Assembly: GCA_964016885.1 (NCBI GenBank)
Contig: OZ024744.1
Coordinates: 7,688,001 to 7,752,000 of the forward strand
From: Eledone cirrhosa
Lineage: Eukaryota
Direction: 5' to 3'
DNA: 64,000 nucleotides
The position numbers and the translations under genes are program-made. Under the pieces are notes generated by a model that saw nothing but the letters and a program-made list of their open reading frames with translations, made no database searches and was not told where the DNA came from. How positions within the stretch are numbered: the first letter of the stretch is position 1; every line of letters starts with the position of its first letter. Shown piece by piece: positions 38,100-51,193 of the stretch.

Positions 38100-40460
38100 A
38101 TATGAATTAAAATACATAATCGTTATTTAAATATTTCTAACAATAAGTAATTCACAAGCTTTACACACCTAATACGCTCAGTATCTCTGTTAAAGAATAC
38201 ATTTAGATAAATAGTCAACTTTCTAAATCCTATAAATGTTACCCACACGAATTTCAGAAGCTTTGAAATGTTAACACACTTATAGAATTTATAAAACTAA
38301 TATATAAATAACCAGCAATTTGAAAAAAAAAAAAAAAAATCTCGAACCTTCACCCTATAATACCATAAACTAAATATTTTCAAAATTAACCGCTTATTAC
38401 CCCCCTTTATTCAACAATTATAGCATCATACATCTTAATATCTATATAACTGTTACATTAAGCAACGTTTTTCTTACTCGTACTTTCTCTGTTGAATTTA
38501 TTACGTTTTCGCATTTTCTCATTATTAGGGTATAAATGTTAAATTTTTCTTGGGTTAATCACTACCTTGATTAAATCTTAACCATTTAACATCTCAGGGT
38601 ATGTCATGTATCATTATATTGTGTCTGATGAGGACGTACAATTTTACATCCGAAATATGTATAATAAAATGTAATTGATCAAAAGAACATCTATTTTATT
38701 AATATTTGTATTTTAATATTAATAACTTTGGAAAATTGTTTGTTGTAGAGTGCTTCCAATCTACTGTAAAACTGATTCTTTGACATACTCATTGAATCTT
38801 GTTTAACTATTTAAAATTAATGCTCACAATTGGTTGAGCGCTTTTCTATACAATAGATTGCATATTCAATAAATATGGATTTCTTAAACTTCCCGACTTC
38901 CCTCAAAGATATACCCATACCTTCAAATGAAGAATACATGAGGAAAACTATAGAACAGACAAACTCTTTTATTAGAAGATTGAGATGGAGAACTTTTCAT
39001 TTCGAAAATAAAGATGCTGAAAGAAAAATCAACAGCAATCTTTTCGAATCTTTATTTAAATCAAGAAAGAATCCTCCATGCAACAAACTTCTGGAGGTTT
39101 TTGAAACAGAAATGCTCGGTATAATAAAAAAAAAATCAAATTTAGGAAAAACCCATATATAGGTCACCAATACCTCAGAACTCTAAAAAATAAAATCACT
39201 GAAATTAAAAATGTTAACAAAGTATTGGTTAAATCGGACAAAACGAATAAGTTATATGGGATAAGCAAAGATGAATATAACAACTTGATTTTAATAGAAC
39301 TTAGGAAAAATTACAAAAAAGCCCCGGCGGACGATCTTACTGAAATTAATGAAGCAGCCTACACATTAATTACCAAATTAGGAATAGAAGGAAGAACAGA
39401 GCCATTCTTACCTAGACAGCCGAGGATTAACCTGAAGGATCATAAAATAAACTTTAAGGAAGAGATGCCAGTTAGACTGATTGCTCCATCGAAATCGGAT
39501 ATAGTATTAATCAGTAAAAACATCATAGATAGAATATTACCCACTCTTAAATTGAGATCTAATTTGAGCTTATGGAAAGATACAAACGAAGTCATAGAAT
39601 GGTACACGAATATAGAAGTTAAAAAAAACCCCATAAATTCATCCAGATGGACATTACTAGCTACTATTCTTCCATAACACCTACCCACCTAAATAATGCC
39701 CTTTCATATGCTTATAAGCATACTGATATAACCACGGATGGAATAGACATAATACTAACAGCCATAAGAACTCTTATTAACTTCAACAACGAATACTGGA
39801 CATGCTCAGATAGAGATAGAAACTTTGATATCACTATGGGTGCATCCGATTCCGCGCAAATCACAGATCTTCTGTGAATTTTCATATTAAACATGATAAA
39901 TAGAAAACTGCCTGAGATTACCGGTGGTTTATATAGGGACGACATTTTATTTACGGTGGTCAAACACAACAATATAGAACTAAATAGAGTAAAGAAAAGT
40001 ATAATAGAATTCTTTAAAATGTACGACCTTAAATTAGAAGTAGAAAATGGTACCAAAATAATTAATTTCCTAGACGTTACTTTTAACTTAAACACTGGCT
40101 TCTATTACCCTTTTCATAAGCCCAATGAAAACTTAAACTGTTAGTAACCATTCAAATCACCCGAAATCTGTAAAAAAGGGTATAGTAATAGTGTGCAAAA
40201 GCGAATTAATAAAAATATCAGCCAATAAAGATATATTCGATGAAAATGCCGAATACTACAACAACGCTTTAAAAAGAGCAGGTTATACGAATAATATAGA
40301 ATATGTAGATAATAATAATCCAAATATTATACTTAAGAAAAATAATGACATATATAAGCGAAACTCTAATAATTATAATTCAAACACCCATATGCCAAAT
40401 AAATCGAGGATACGAACTAGAACTAAATCAGTCATATGGTTTGCAATTTTCAACAGTTAA
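38100..40460 (+). mobile_element. PLE (Hydra-type): upstream pLTR plus 3'-truncated degraded RT ORF (38875-40460)
   Basis: TSLKDIPIPS...FIRRLRWRTF, VKSDKTNKLY, NLKDHK, FDITMGASDSAQITDL, GGLYRDDIL, NFLDVTFN, VIWF; homologous to the 9330-11552 ORF. Confidence 0.9.
38613..38675 (+). ncRNA. Minimal hammerhead ribozyme upstream of the PLE ORF
   Basis: ATTATATTGTGT-CTGATGA-GGACGTA(CAATTT)TACATCC-GAAA-TATGTA-TA^ATAAAATGTAAT; about 200 nt before the ATG, same position as the HHR at 11742. Confidence 0.85.
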
Positions 40461-40491
40461 AAATTGCAAACTTGACTGTCACCACATATTA

Positions 40492-40530
40492 TGAACCTGA
40501 AGATTGCGAAAGCATGAAAGTACTCGTTCA
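40492..40530 (+). ncRNA. 39-nt minimal hammerhead ribozyme
   Basis: TGAAC-CTGAAGA-TTGC(GAAA)GCAT-GAA-AGTACT-C^GTTCA; perfect stem I, GNRA loop II, palindromic AGTACT stem III. Confidence 0.85.
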
Positions 40531-40640
40531 ATTAACATTTAATATTCTACCATACTATTTCATTATAATACGATTATAAATTTTAAAGGATTCTAAATAA
40601 AACGAGTAAATCAGACAAAGTTGGAATTCCTATATATATA

Positions 40641-40698
40641 GTGGAGTCTGTGCTGCTGCATGGGTCTGAGACTTGTAAACTGACCAAGAGACTCACTC

Positions 40699-40700
<2 letters not shown>
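40641..40700 (+). pseudogene. 60-bp RTE RT fragment between TA tracts
   Basis: Translates VESVLLHGSETCKLTKRLTQ, resembling the LLYGSETW motif. Confidence 0.6.
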
Positions 40701-40762
<62 letters not shown>

Positions 40763-40819
40763 GGGTATATTAGTAGTTGATATATATATATACACAATCT
40801 ATGCTACATGGCGCGTGTG

Positions 40820-41066
40820 TTAGTCGTTAGGTGGCGCATTGTCCCCTTGAGCAAGACACTTTATTTCTCTTTGCTCCAGTCCATTCAGTTGGCAAAAATA
40901 AGTTGTACCTCTAGTTCGAATGACCAGCCTTGTCAAGCACTGTGTCAAACTGAATCTCCCTACGAACTACGTAAAGGGTACGCGTGTCTGTAAAATTTCA
41001 CGAGCAGGCTGTTTCTTTGATCGGATCAACTGGAACACTGGTCGTTGTAACCGACAGAGTGCCTAA
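40820..41066 (+). mobile_element. SINE, second family, 5'-truncated
   Basis: cattgtccccttgagcaagacactttatttctctttgctccagtccattcagttggcaaaaataag is a typical SINE central-domain signature; family assignment from memory only. Confidence 0.6.
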
Positions 41067-42430
41067 GAATAAAGAGAATCTTTGTTCAATTATTTTGTCG
41101 GTTCAGCTTAGAAAGGCTGAACAACTGCATCTATTATATTCAAAACAGCACAGAAGGCAACTTCTGTATGTTTGCTCGATCTGCAAGAAAGAGCAGACAA
41201 TCTAAATCCACAAAGTTGCTTGCGAGTATGGCTGTGCAAAGTCGGAATATACGTGACGAATTTACAGTGGCTAGTTAGTTCTAGAATCTGGTACCTATCA
41301 GATACTACGTGGACTGAGGCGGTCTAATAGTTAAATGTCTTGAAGATGTAGATTATAAAACATCTGCAACGAGTTGGGAAATGGATATGAAACTATCTTT
41401 CATCAAAAGAGCAACTCCTTAACCTAGCAATCCCAATAATGCACGTGCAGGCCTACTAGTTGATTTACAGTGTCACTGACTATCTATTCAAACGTGACAT
41501 GGGTCCCATATCACAATCAAGAGGGGGTCTTCCGAGTGGCACTGTGTAATAACGCTAGGCTATTAAATTACAGGTTCAGTTAAACTGATGGACTTCCAAA
41601 CTATTTCCGTCGATCCAGTTTAAATCAGAATGTTATCCCCATGCCACGGTATCAGAAGCCGTGCTATGGAACTGAGAACGCAACCTGGTGGTTGTAAAGC
41701 CAGCTCATTTAAGAAATGATTAAAGATTAATCTATTAACAGCTTATCAAATGAATTATTATGCAGATGAATGAAAGGCAATTGAGTGAAATAAAGTATTC
41801 GAAATATATTTGGTTGCTAAAATCTTTTATGCGGAATATCTTATATGAAGCATTGCAAATAAACATGGCGAATAGAATAATAAAAAAAAAATAATGAATA
41901 AATAGGAAAAATATTAATAAATGAATATTAAATAAAAAAAAATAGAATAAAGATGGAATATAAAGTCAAGTCTTATAGGAATTTAATACTTGATTGCGTT
42001 TTACAATGAGGTATGTCGAAAGAAGAAAGAAGAAAAAACGAAGATTATAAAAAAAGAGGAAAGCGGATTATATTATGGAATAGCGCTTACGATAATATTC
42101 AATGCCATATTATATTCATTTGCTTCGCTTTCTAAATCTTGCGTGTCTCTTACGTGATTTCTTTATTTAATACTCTTAACTTCTTACAGTAATACATCAT
42201 TTCGCTGCTCTCTCTATACCTAGTTCCATCTCAGTTTCCACAACTCTCTTTCATTTTATAATTATATTTACATCTGTATACGACAACAACCCACTCAAAT
42301 CCATTCACAGGTCTGTCTGACTAACCACCCACATGTTATAATCTCAGTTTAAAATACAATTGCACACACATACAAACTCATCGAAACTCACACACACAGA
42401 CACAAACATATGTATATATATATATATATA

Positions 42431-43530
<1,100 letters not shown>

Positions 43531-43805
43531 AGTTTATAGAAAGCTCTGAATGTGTTGAGCGAAAGTCTGAATTTATGTCTAAATATTCAACAGGAGGTCA
43601 TGACATAAGTAGGTATGGCGGAGGGCCGGCTTAAAAACACTTCTTTAACCAACAGACGACGTTTAAACACACGGATAAACGATCGGCAATGACACTCGCA
43701 AGCCAGGTAGTAATTAGTTGTCGGGCCCCGACACTCACCTATATATATATATATATATTATGAAATACTGTGTGCCTCTTGCTCATAATAATTTCTATAC
43801 GTTTC

Positions 43806-43835
<30 letters not shown>

Positions 43836-43840
<5 letters not shown>

Positions 43841-44005
43841 AGTTAATATAAATTAATATATTTGATAAACACAAATACCAACATATCCGTGTTTGTATTG
43901 TAAATGACTAATTTTTCAATCTAGCTAACTTAGTCATTTACAATACAAACACGGATATGTTGGTATTTGTGTTTATCAAATATATTAATTTATATTAACT
44001 TGTAT
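43836..44005. repeat. Palindrome with about 75-bp arms abutting (TA)n
   Basis: atacaagttaatataaattaatatatttgataaacacaaataccaacatatccgtgtttgtattgtaaatgactaa / exact inverse from 43930. Confidence 0.9.
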
Positions 44006-44090
44006 TATACGGCTCAGAAATACTTCTTTCTTTGAGCTATTCCATTGTAAAGGACTGCCTCAGTTTTGAACTCATTATTAATACTATATA

Positions 44091-44280
44091 TTGGAGGGCG
44101 GTGGATTGGCAGTATCGGTAGAGGGTCGGACGCCATGCTTTCCAGCATAGTTACGTCCCTTTACGATCTGAGTTCAGTTTCCGCCGAGGTTGACTTTGCC
44201 TTTCATCCTTACGGGGTAGATAAAATAAAGTACCAGTAATACACTGGGTAATTGCTGGCCTTGTGCCTAAAGTAGAAACA
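44091..44280 (+). mobile_element. Full-length tRNA-derived SINE (Meta-like core) with 17-bp TSD
   Basis: Box A-like tggcagtatcgg, box B-like gagttcagtttcc, core gactttgcctttcatccttacggggtagataaaataaagtaccagt; TSD ATTATTAATA(C/G)TATATA at 44074-44090 and 44281-44297. Confidence 0.88.
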
Positions 44281-44355
44281 ATTATTAATAGTATATATAT
44301 ATATATGTATATATATATAAAAATACATATATATATATATATGTATATATATATA

Positions 44356-44428
<73 letters not shown>

Positions 44429-44652
44429 GATAAGTCTACCCAAATATACGGTAGTGTCCAATCCGTATGATTTCTGAAGGCAGCATATATATGTGAAGGT
44501 ATGTATATTTCCTCAGATAGTTTGTAACATTTTTACATAGATCTATGATATACATACCAACACACACATATACATCCTAGAAACGATCGTAAAATGATGC
44601 ATTTTTGAATATAAGGAACTTGTTCTTTGTTTTTATATCATTGTTTTTATTA

Positions 44653-44705
<53 letters not shown>

Positions 44706-44707
<2 letters not shown>

Positions 44708-45307
44708 AGGTCACCAGTTGGTGCTACTGGTAACATGTATCCCAGTACAACCTGTCTCATGGTCGGGTCGTTGGCGACTAAACTGGCACCACACCCAGGT
44801 TTCTTGGTGAGGAGGGTCACTTTGGACATCCTGCAGGACTAAAAACAAAACCTGTCAAAGGGCAAAGGACCTCTTAAGAGTCAATGGCCATCCAAAATCA
44901 CCGGGAGAGATGACCCCTTAGTTTTTGTCAAGGCAGAATTCTAGGAGAAGGAAAACTCTGATATAACACATGCAACCCTGATGGTATCCAATGATGTTGA
45001 CTTGTTCTTCTTTATGGTAAATATCATCTTGGTTAAGAGAGTGGGACTGGCTTTGTGCAGTGCTTGCTCACTATAAAAGCTTCACGGCACATGCATTGCT
45101 TTATATCTGGAGATCTCTCTGCACTTGTCGTCACATGGTACCATGGCCCCAGCACTATGTGACAATAATTGTCACAAGTGCAGTGTTTGTACCAGAGTTC
45201 TCAAGTCGCTGGCTGGACTAAAAAGTCACACTCGTTCAGCGCATCGGTAGGGGTTCTCCTACATGGATATAAAGTAGTGGCCTTACTCGAAGACGAGTTG
45301 GCAGCCA

Positions 45308-45309
<2 letters not shown>
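44706..45309. mobile_element. About 605-bp non-coding dispersed element in (TA)n, copy 2
   Basis: Matches 30329-30937. Confidence 0.9.
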
Positions 45310-45372
<63 letters not shown>

Positions 45373-45376
<4 letters not shown>

Positions 45377-45437
45377 ATATACATTTTTACATTAAATGTT
45401 GATTAATCAACATTTAATGTAAAAATGTATATGGTAT
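45373..45437. repeat. Loopless perfect palindrome abutting (TA)n
   Basis: taccatatacatttttacattaaatgttgatt|aatcaacatttaatgtaaaaatgtatatggta. Confidence 0.9.
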
Positions 45438-45645
45438 TTACATTAATAAATAATTTGTTTCATACGGAATTATTATTTTTATCACAATAGGATTTTGTAC
45501 ACATGCTTTTTTAGAAAATTCTTTCAAACCAGTATGAAAGTCTTTTGTGCTGTTTATTGTAATAAATTACTCTATTTTGAGCTGTTTTATCTTTTCCACC
45601 TACGTTTCTAATTTTTTATATTGATTTTGTAAAAAACGGTATCTT

Positions 45646-45720
<75 letters not shown>

Positions 45721-45723
<3 letters not shown>

Positions 45724-45785
45724 TTTCTGAATTTGTTTAGCAAGATTCTTTATTGGCAACATGACCCTCCCAAAGTATAACAATA
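45721..45785. mobile_element. 65-bp collapsed copy of the 29036-29455 palindromic element
   Basis: Left end (tcgtttctgaatttgtttagcaagattctt) joined directly to right end (tattggcaacatgaccctcccaaagtataacaatat). Confidence 0.85.
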
Positions 45786-45793
45786 TATATATA

Positions 45794-45941
<148 letters not shown>

Positions 45942-46169
45942 TGTGTGTGAGTGTGTGTGTGTGTATACGAGTGTGAGTGTACGTGTGAATATATATTTGT
46001 GTGAGAGTAATTGCGCGTGCGCATGTGTGTGTGTGTGTGCGTGTGTTTGAATAACCTTAATTTCTTTACGCAGTATTATTAGCCTTCTATTTCCTTTTGT
46101 AGCTCCTGAAAATGTCAAACTCTTTTTGATAAAACATCCACATTGTCACACATGTAACCCCCCCCCCCC

Positions 46170-46212
<43 letters not shown>

Positions 46213-46771
46213 GACTAGCAGTGAATGATCACGTATACACATATTCATACATTGCATTAATAAAGATGCACCGAAGTGTCAGTGTCGTTGACAATGAGTG
46301 TGAATTGGTTTTAACGTGGCAGCTTCTGGCTGTTGTTTTATATGAGTTAAGGACATTTGTACTGAAGACAAGGGACATTGTTATGACATTGTCTGGCTAG
46401 AATATATAGCTTTAATGTGTATAACACTAAATACATGCATTAAAGCATGTAAACAACTGCCGCTAATAGTAGACAAATAATTTTTGCATGTAATTATATA
46501 TGTGTATATATATATATATATATCATAGAAAATGTGCTTCGTAGAATCAAGATGTATCTGGGGACCTTGCGATTTTCAGAGTCATGTTCGATCATCACAT
46601 CGATCGTGCCTCGAGCTGGTCGCCAGAGAAACGATTGTAATATGTCAAATAAATTCCATTCGTCGCAACACTGATTTATTTATTTTTCTGTGATATCATA
46701 CTCGGCTCTATGAGAGCATCGAGTGCTCATACGGCCTACTGCATACGGACGTGTTAAGCATCCAACACCAA

Positions 46772-46868
<97 letters not shown>

Positions 46869-47080
46869 CTTAATTTATGAATTTGTTTTGCGAGATTTCT
46901 TATGTGAAAACGTGTATTGAAACAGATATTGTTATACTTTGGGAGGGTCATGTTGCCAATAAAAACACAAAGACCTGTTGGTTTTCACTTCAATTTATTT
47001 TAAATTTTCGGTTGGTTGGTTGGCTGGTTGATTTGTTGGCTGGTTGGTTGGTTCGGTAACCAGAAAGTTGTTTATATATT

Positions 47081-47123
47081 GTCAAATCCCTTTCGCCACA
47101 CATTCTGTGACCTCCTTAGTGAC
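47081..47123 (-). ncRNA. Degenerate hammerhead in the non-palindromic parent copy of the 29036 family
   Basis: Minus strand: GTCA-CTAAGGA-GGTCACA(GAATG)TGTGGC-GAAA-GGGA-TT^TGAC. Confidence 0.6.
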
Positions 47124-47609
47124 TAGGTTTTTTATCTTGTGTCTCCTTTGTTCTGTCCTACACCATTTAGTTTTTGAGTGTTGTGTACTTAGTTTGCGCA
47201 TGCATTACATCCGGGTGTGTGTGTGTGTTTATTTAGTTATTTATGTGTTTATTTACTTGTCACTAGTTGGTTGTCTGTTCTATCTGTGTGTGTCAGATTT
47301 GTTTTGTTAGTTTGTTTTATGTGTCTGTCTGTATGTCTTCATTTTGTCCTTAATTACTAGTTGTGATGTTGCTATTCCACTCATGTTTTTTGTTTAATTT
47401 GTGTTAGAGTTTTTATTTGTTGCCTCTGTGATTTGTCTGAGCATTGCATCTTTTCTGTGTGTGGATATAATTTATATCCAGCTACCTATGTTGGTATAAG
47501 ACTATATAGTAGAGAGGATTACATTTAACATAGAATTCAAATTGTAAACATTGACGTAGCAACAGTTCCACACATGGTATACTATACTAATATCTCTCTC
47601 TATATATAT

Positions 47610-49414
47610 TTACCCTTAACCTCGAAAATGATCTGTACTACCCATACAGGAAACCAAACGACAACCTGACTACATCCACCGCCGTTCGAACCATCCTAGA
47701 AACATCACAAATAACCTGGTTGAAAACATCTCCCCCCGCATATCTCTTTTGTCCGCTAATGAGCAGATATTCGACGAACATGCGCCTCATTACAACCAGG
47801 CGCTCAAGCGGAGTGGCTTCCGGGAGGAAATATCCTTTTATCCAGCTTCCCTTAGCGGAACCAGCAGGCGACACCGTGGCTTACGCAACGTAACGTAGTT
47901 CAATCCTCCCCATAATGCCGAGGTGGCAACACCTATCGTCAAAATCTTATTTAGACTCCTCGAAAACACTTCCCACTACAACACCACAACATAATCAACA
48001 AAAACACCATCAAACTCTCCTACAGCACCACACCTAACTTCGCACAAAACATCGTCTCCTCAAACAACAAACAAATCAACCCCTATGGAAGAAACAACCT
48101 AGACATCAGTGGAGAGTCGACCAGGAGGTGTAACTGCCCTGATAGATCTACGTGCCCCCTCAACAACAAATGCCGAGAACGTAACGTGATCTACCAGTGC
48201 AACGTGAGGACGCACACCTCCAACCAAGCTTATATAGGATTAACCGCCTGTGACTTCAAGACCCGGCTCTACCAACACCGACATACTTTCCGAAACCCGG
48301 TCCGGCGACATGCCACTACACTTTCGGGCCACATCTGGGACCTCCAAGATAATAATATAACCTAAAATCTCACTCGGAGCTTACTGTCCAAAGCTAACTC
48401 TTACACGGGGGGACGCCGTCCGTGTAACTTATGCTCGGAAGAAACATTACAAATGCTTTTTTTGAAGGACCAACTCCTAAACAAGAAATACGAACTGGTA
48501 ACCGCATGCAAACACAGATTGCGTAGGACTTACCTCGCCCTCAAACCCCATAACGACCCGGGTGGGTAGACAAGGGCTGATACTCCCCCCACACACACAG
48601 TTGCCAAATAAGTTAGGGGAAACCCCAGCTTACATAGGTAGATGTATCTCTTTTCTTTTCCTCTATCTCTTCTTCTTCCTCCTGTCTCATCCTATCACCT
48701 CCTTCCACCCCCTATTTTCTTCCTCGTCTGCTTTTCCCCTTTCACCTACCCCGATGCAGCCCATCGGGCCTCTGTAGCATCAGTTCCCCCACCCCTGTAA
48801 TTTTAAGATAGAATTGGCCGAATACGTTTTACTAACTACTTATATCAGATGTGTTAGACCCCTTTAATTTTGTATCAGTTTTGTTACTACTCATTCTACA
48901 AGTTTTTTCTATTCTCAACTTATTAACCTGTAATTGTAAGATAGCATTGTGATTTTTTTTATTCATTTCGCACTATCTAATTTTATATATTTTTTTATTT
49001 CTTTCTATTATCTTTTATTGTCTCCTACTCTCATTCGATTTACCTATTCTATAACCTCCCTCCTCCACTTCATACACTATCCTTAGAATCTGCTGTATAC
49101 ATATCACTTTCAATGCTTAACCGATCCACTCACTTCTCTATTCTTCTACAGGCAAGTTCAGCCACCCCTACCTTCCACTAAATTCCATGATAGACATATT
49201 TGTGTTTACAACAAATTATAACCGATCCTCTTGACAACTACAATCTTCCCATATAAGGACAAGTTCGGCTATTTAGTCCAGAATTAGCCGTCGAAACGGC
49301 TTGAGCTCTGCCGTCGGGATCATACTTTTTCCTATTTCCTACTCTACTACCCTAAGTATTGAGTACTCTAGTGCGTTATGGTCCATCTGGTTCCTTACCA
49401 TACTTCCTTTGTTA
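47610..49414 (+). mobile_element. PLE (Hydra-type) 3' half: RT thumb, GIY-YIG, 3' pLTR ending in (TA)n
   Basis: Manual translation LNLENDLYYPYRKPND, SNHP, CNCPDRSTCPLNNKC, VIYQC...AYIGLTACDFKTRLYQH, CNLCSEE, LLNK...CKH; hammerhead remnant at 49224-49321. Confidence 0.85.
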
Positions 49415-49425
49415 TATATATATAT

Positions 49426-49478
<53 letters not shown>

Positions 49479-49640
49479 CACAAAACCTATTGAATTATTT
49501 TTCGCGTATATCTCTCGACGGCCATTGCAGTACATATACTTGTTTCTATATATATATACTGTATATATATATATATATATATATATGCGTGTGTGTGTGT
49601 GTGTGTGTGTGTGTGAGGATGGGGAGGTTTATATATACAC

Positions 49641-49754
<114 letters not shown>

Positions 49755-51067
49755 TCATGTATATATTCCCTTACTGTCGTTGTCGATAAAATGAGCACCA
49801 TGCACCGAGCATATTCTATTGTCGATTCTATCGATTATATGCTTCCAATTGTGCCAATGAAGGGAGAAAATAATTAACAAAATAATCTATATTTATGTAA
49901 GCAGTTGCAAGCTTGTTATATTTTTAATATCGTTTTTTATTTTTTATTTTTTGTTTTCTTCATTTGTTTTGGTTCACTCATTTACCTACATCATAGGTTT
50001 CCTGGGTCTACCGGTAGGTGGATATTATTTGTCGGGAACCAACCAGAATATTTTACCTGGCAACAAAACACATTTTTACAGGAAACAGAACTATATTGTC
50101 TGCTCTTCTGGAACATATAATGTTCTTTATTTCTTTGTTTTATTTATTTATTCATTTCTTTACACTTGTTGTTGCTTTTATTTTATTTTATTTTATTTAG
50201 TTATTTATTTTTTTATTTTTTTTTTAGCAGATAATTTCTCATTGATTTTATAAGATATTCTCCAAAGTTTTATGTCTGGAAATTTAGGTGAGTCTCTAGA
50301 TTTTCCGGTTTAGGAACATTTGGATCGTATTTACCGGCGTGTAGGTCACAGCATGTCATAGATTATTCGTTAGATAAGGTGCCAGTACGACTATATGTGT
50401 TTAAGAAGTTCACTTCGTAATCATGTGATTTCATATTCGATTTTAGTGTTTACCAACTTGTTAGGGTAAACGTCTTTTAATATAGCCCTGAGCTGATCAA
50501 TTTCTTTTAAGTTAATTACGTAGGTAGGAGCAGTGCGGAAGTCTGACACAGGTACATGAAAGCAGGAAAGGTAAAACTTAATACACGGTGGTGTGTATCA
50601 TATTTCAACTGCAGCGCTATATTACTGACTTAAAAGCCACTAATTTCGTTCTTAATCGCACCCTTTATAGGTAGTCTGTTTCATTGATAAGGGGATGGAT
50701 GGAGGCAATTGACGAAAGAAATGCTGGCAATATCAAATCCACCACATAGAACTGAGAAGGTGTCTCGTAGCCATCCGGTGTAATTAAGCTGGACGTTACA
50801 TATCTCCAGCACAGTGTGTCGTCCGGTTTTCACGCAACCATGGGTTATATGTTACATTGTGGCATGAATTATGGTTGATGTGCAGTATCAGTGAAACAAT
50901 CAGCCATTGAGTAACGTCCGTATTTACATGATTCTAGGCATAGGAGTTCCTCCGAATCCTATTGGCAAGATCACTATCTTCTCCAAACATACTGTGGCTT
51001 ACCTCTGCAAAACTAGCGATTATAAATGTTTTGAAACTATCAAGAAATATCGCACGAACCAAAAACA

Positions 51068-51183
<116 letters not shown>

Positions 51184-51193
<10 letters not shown>

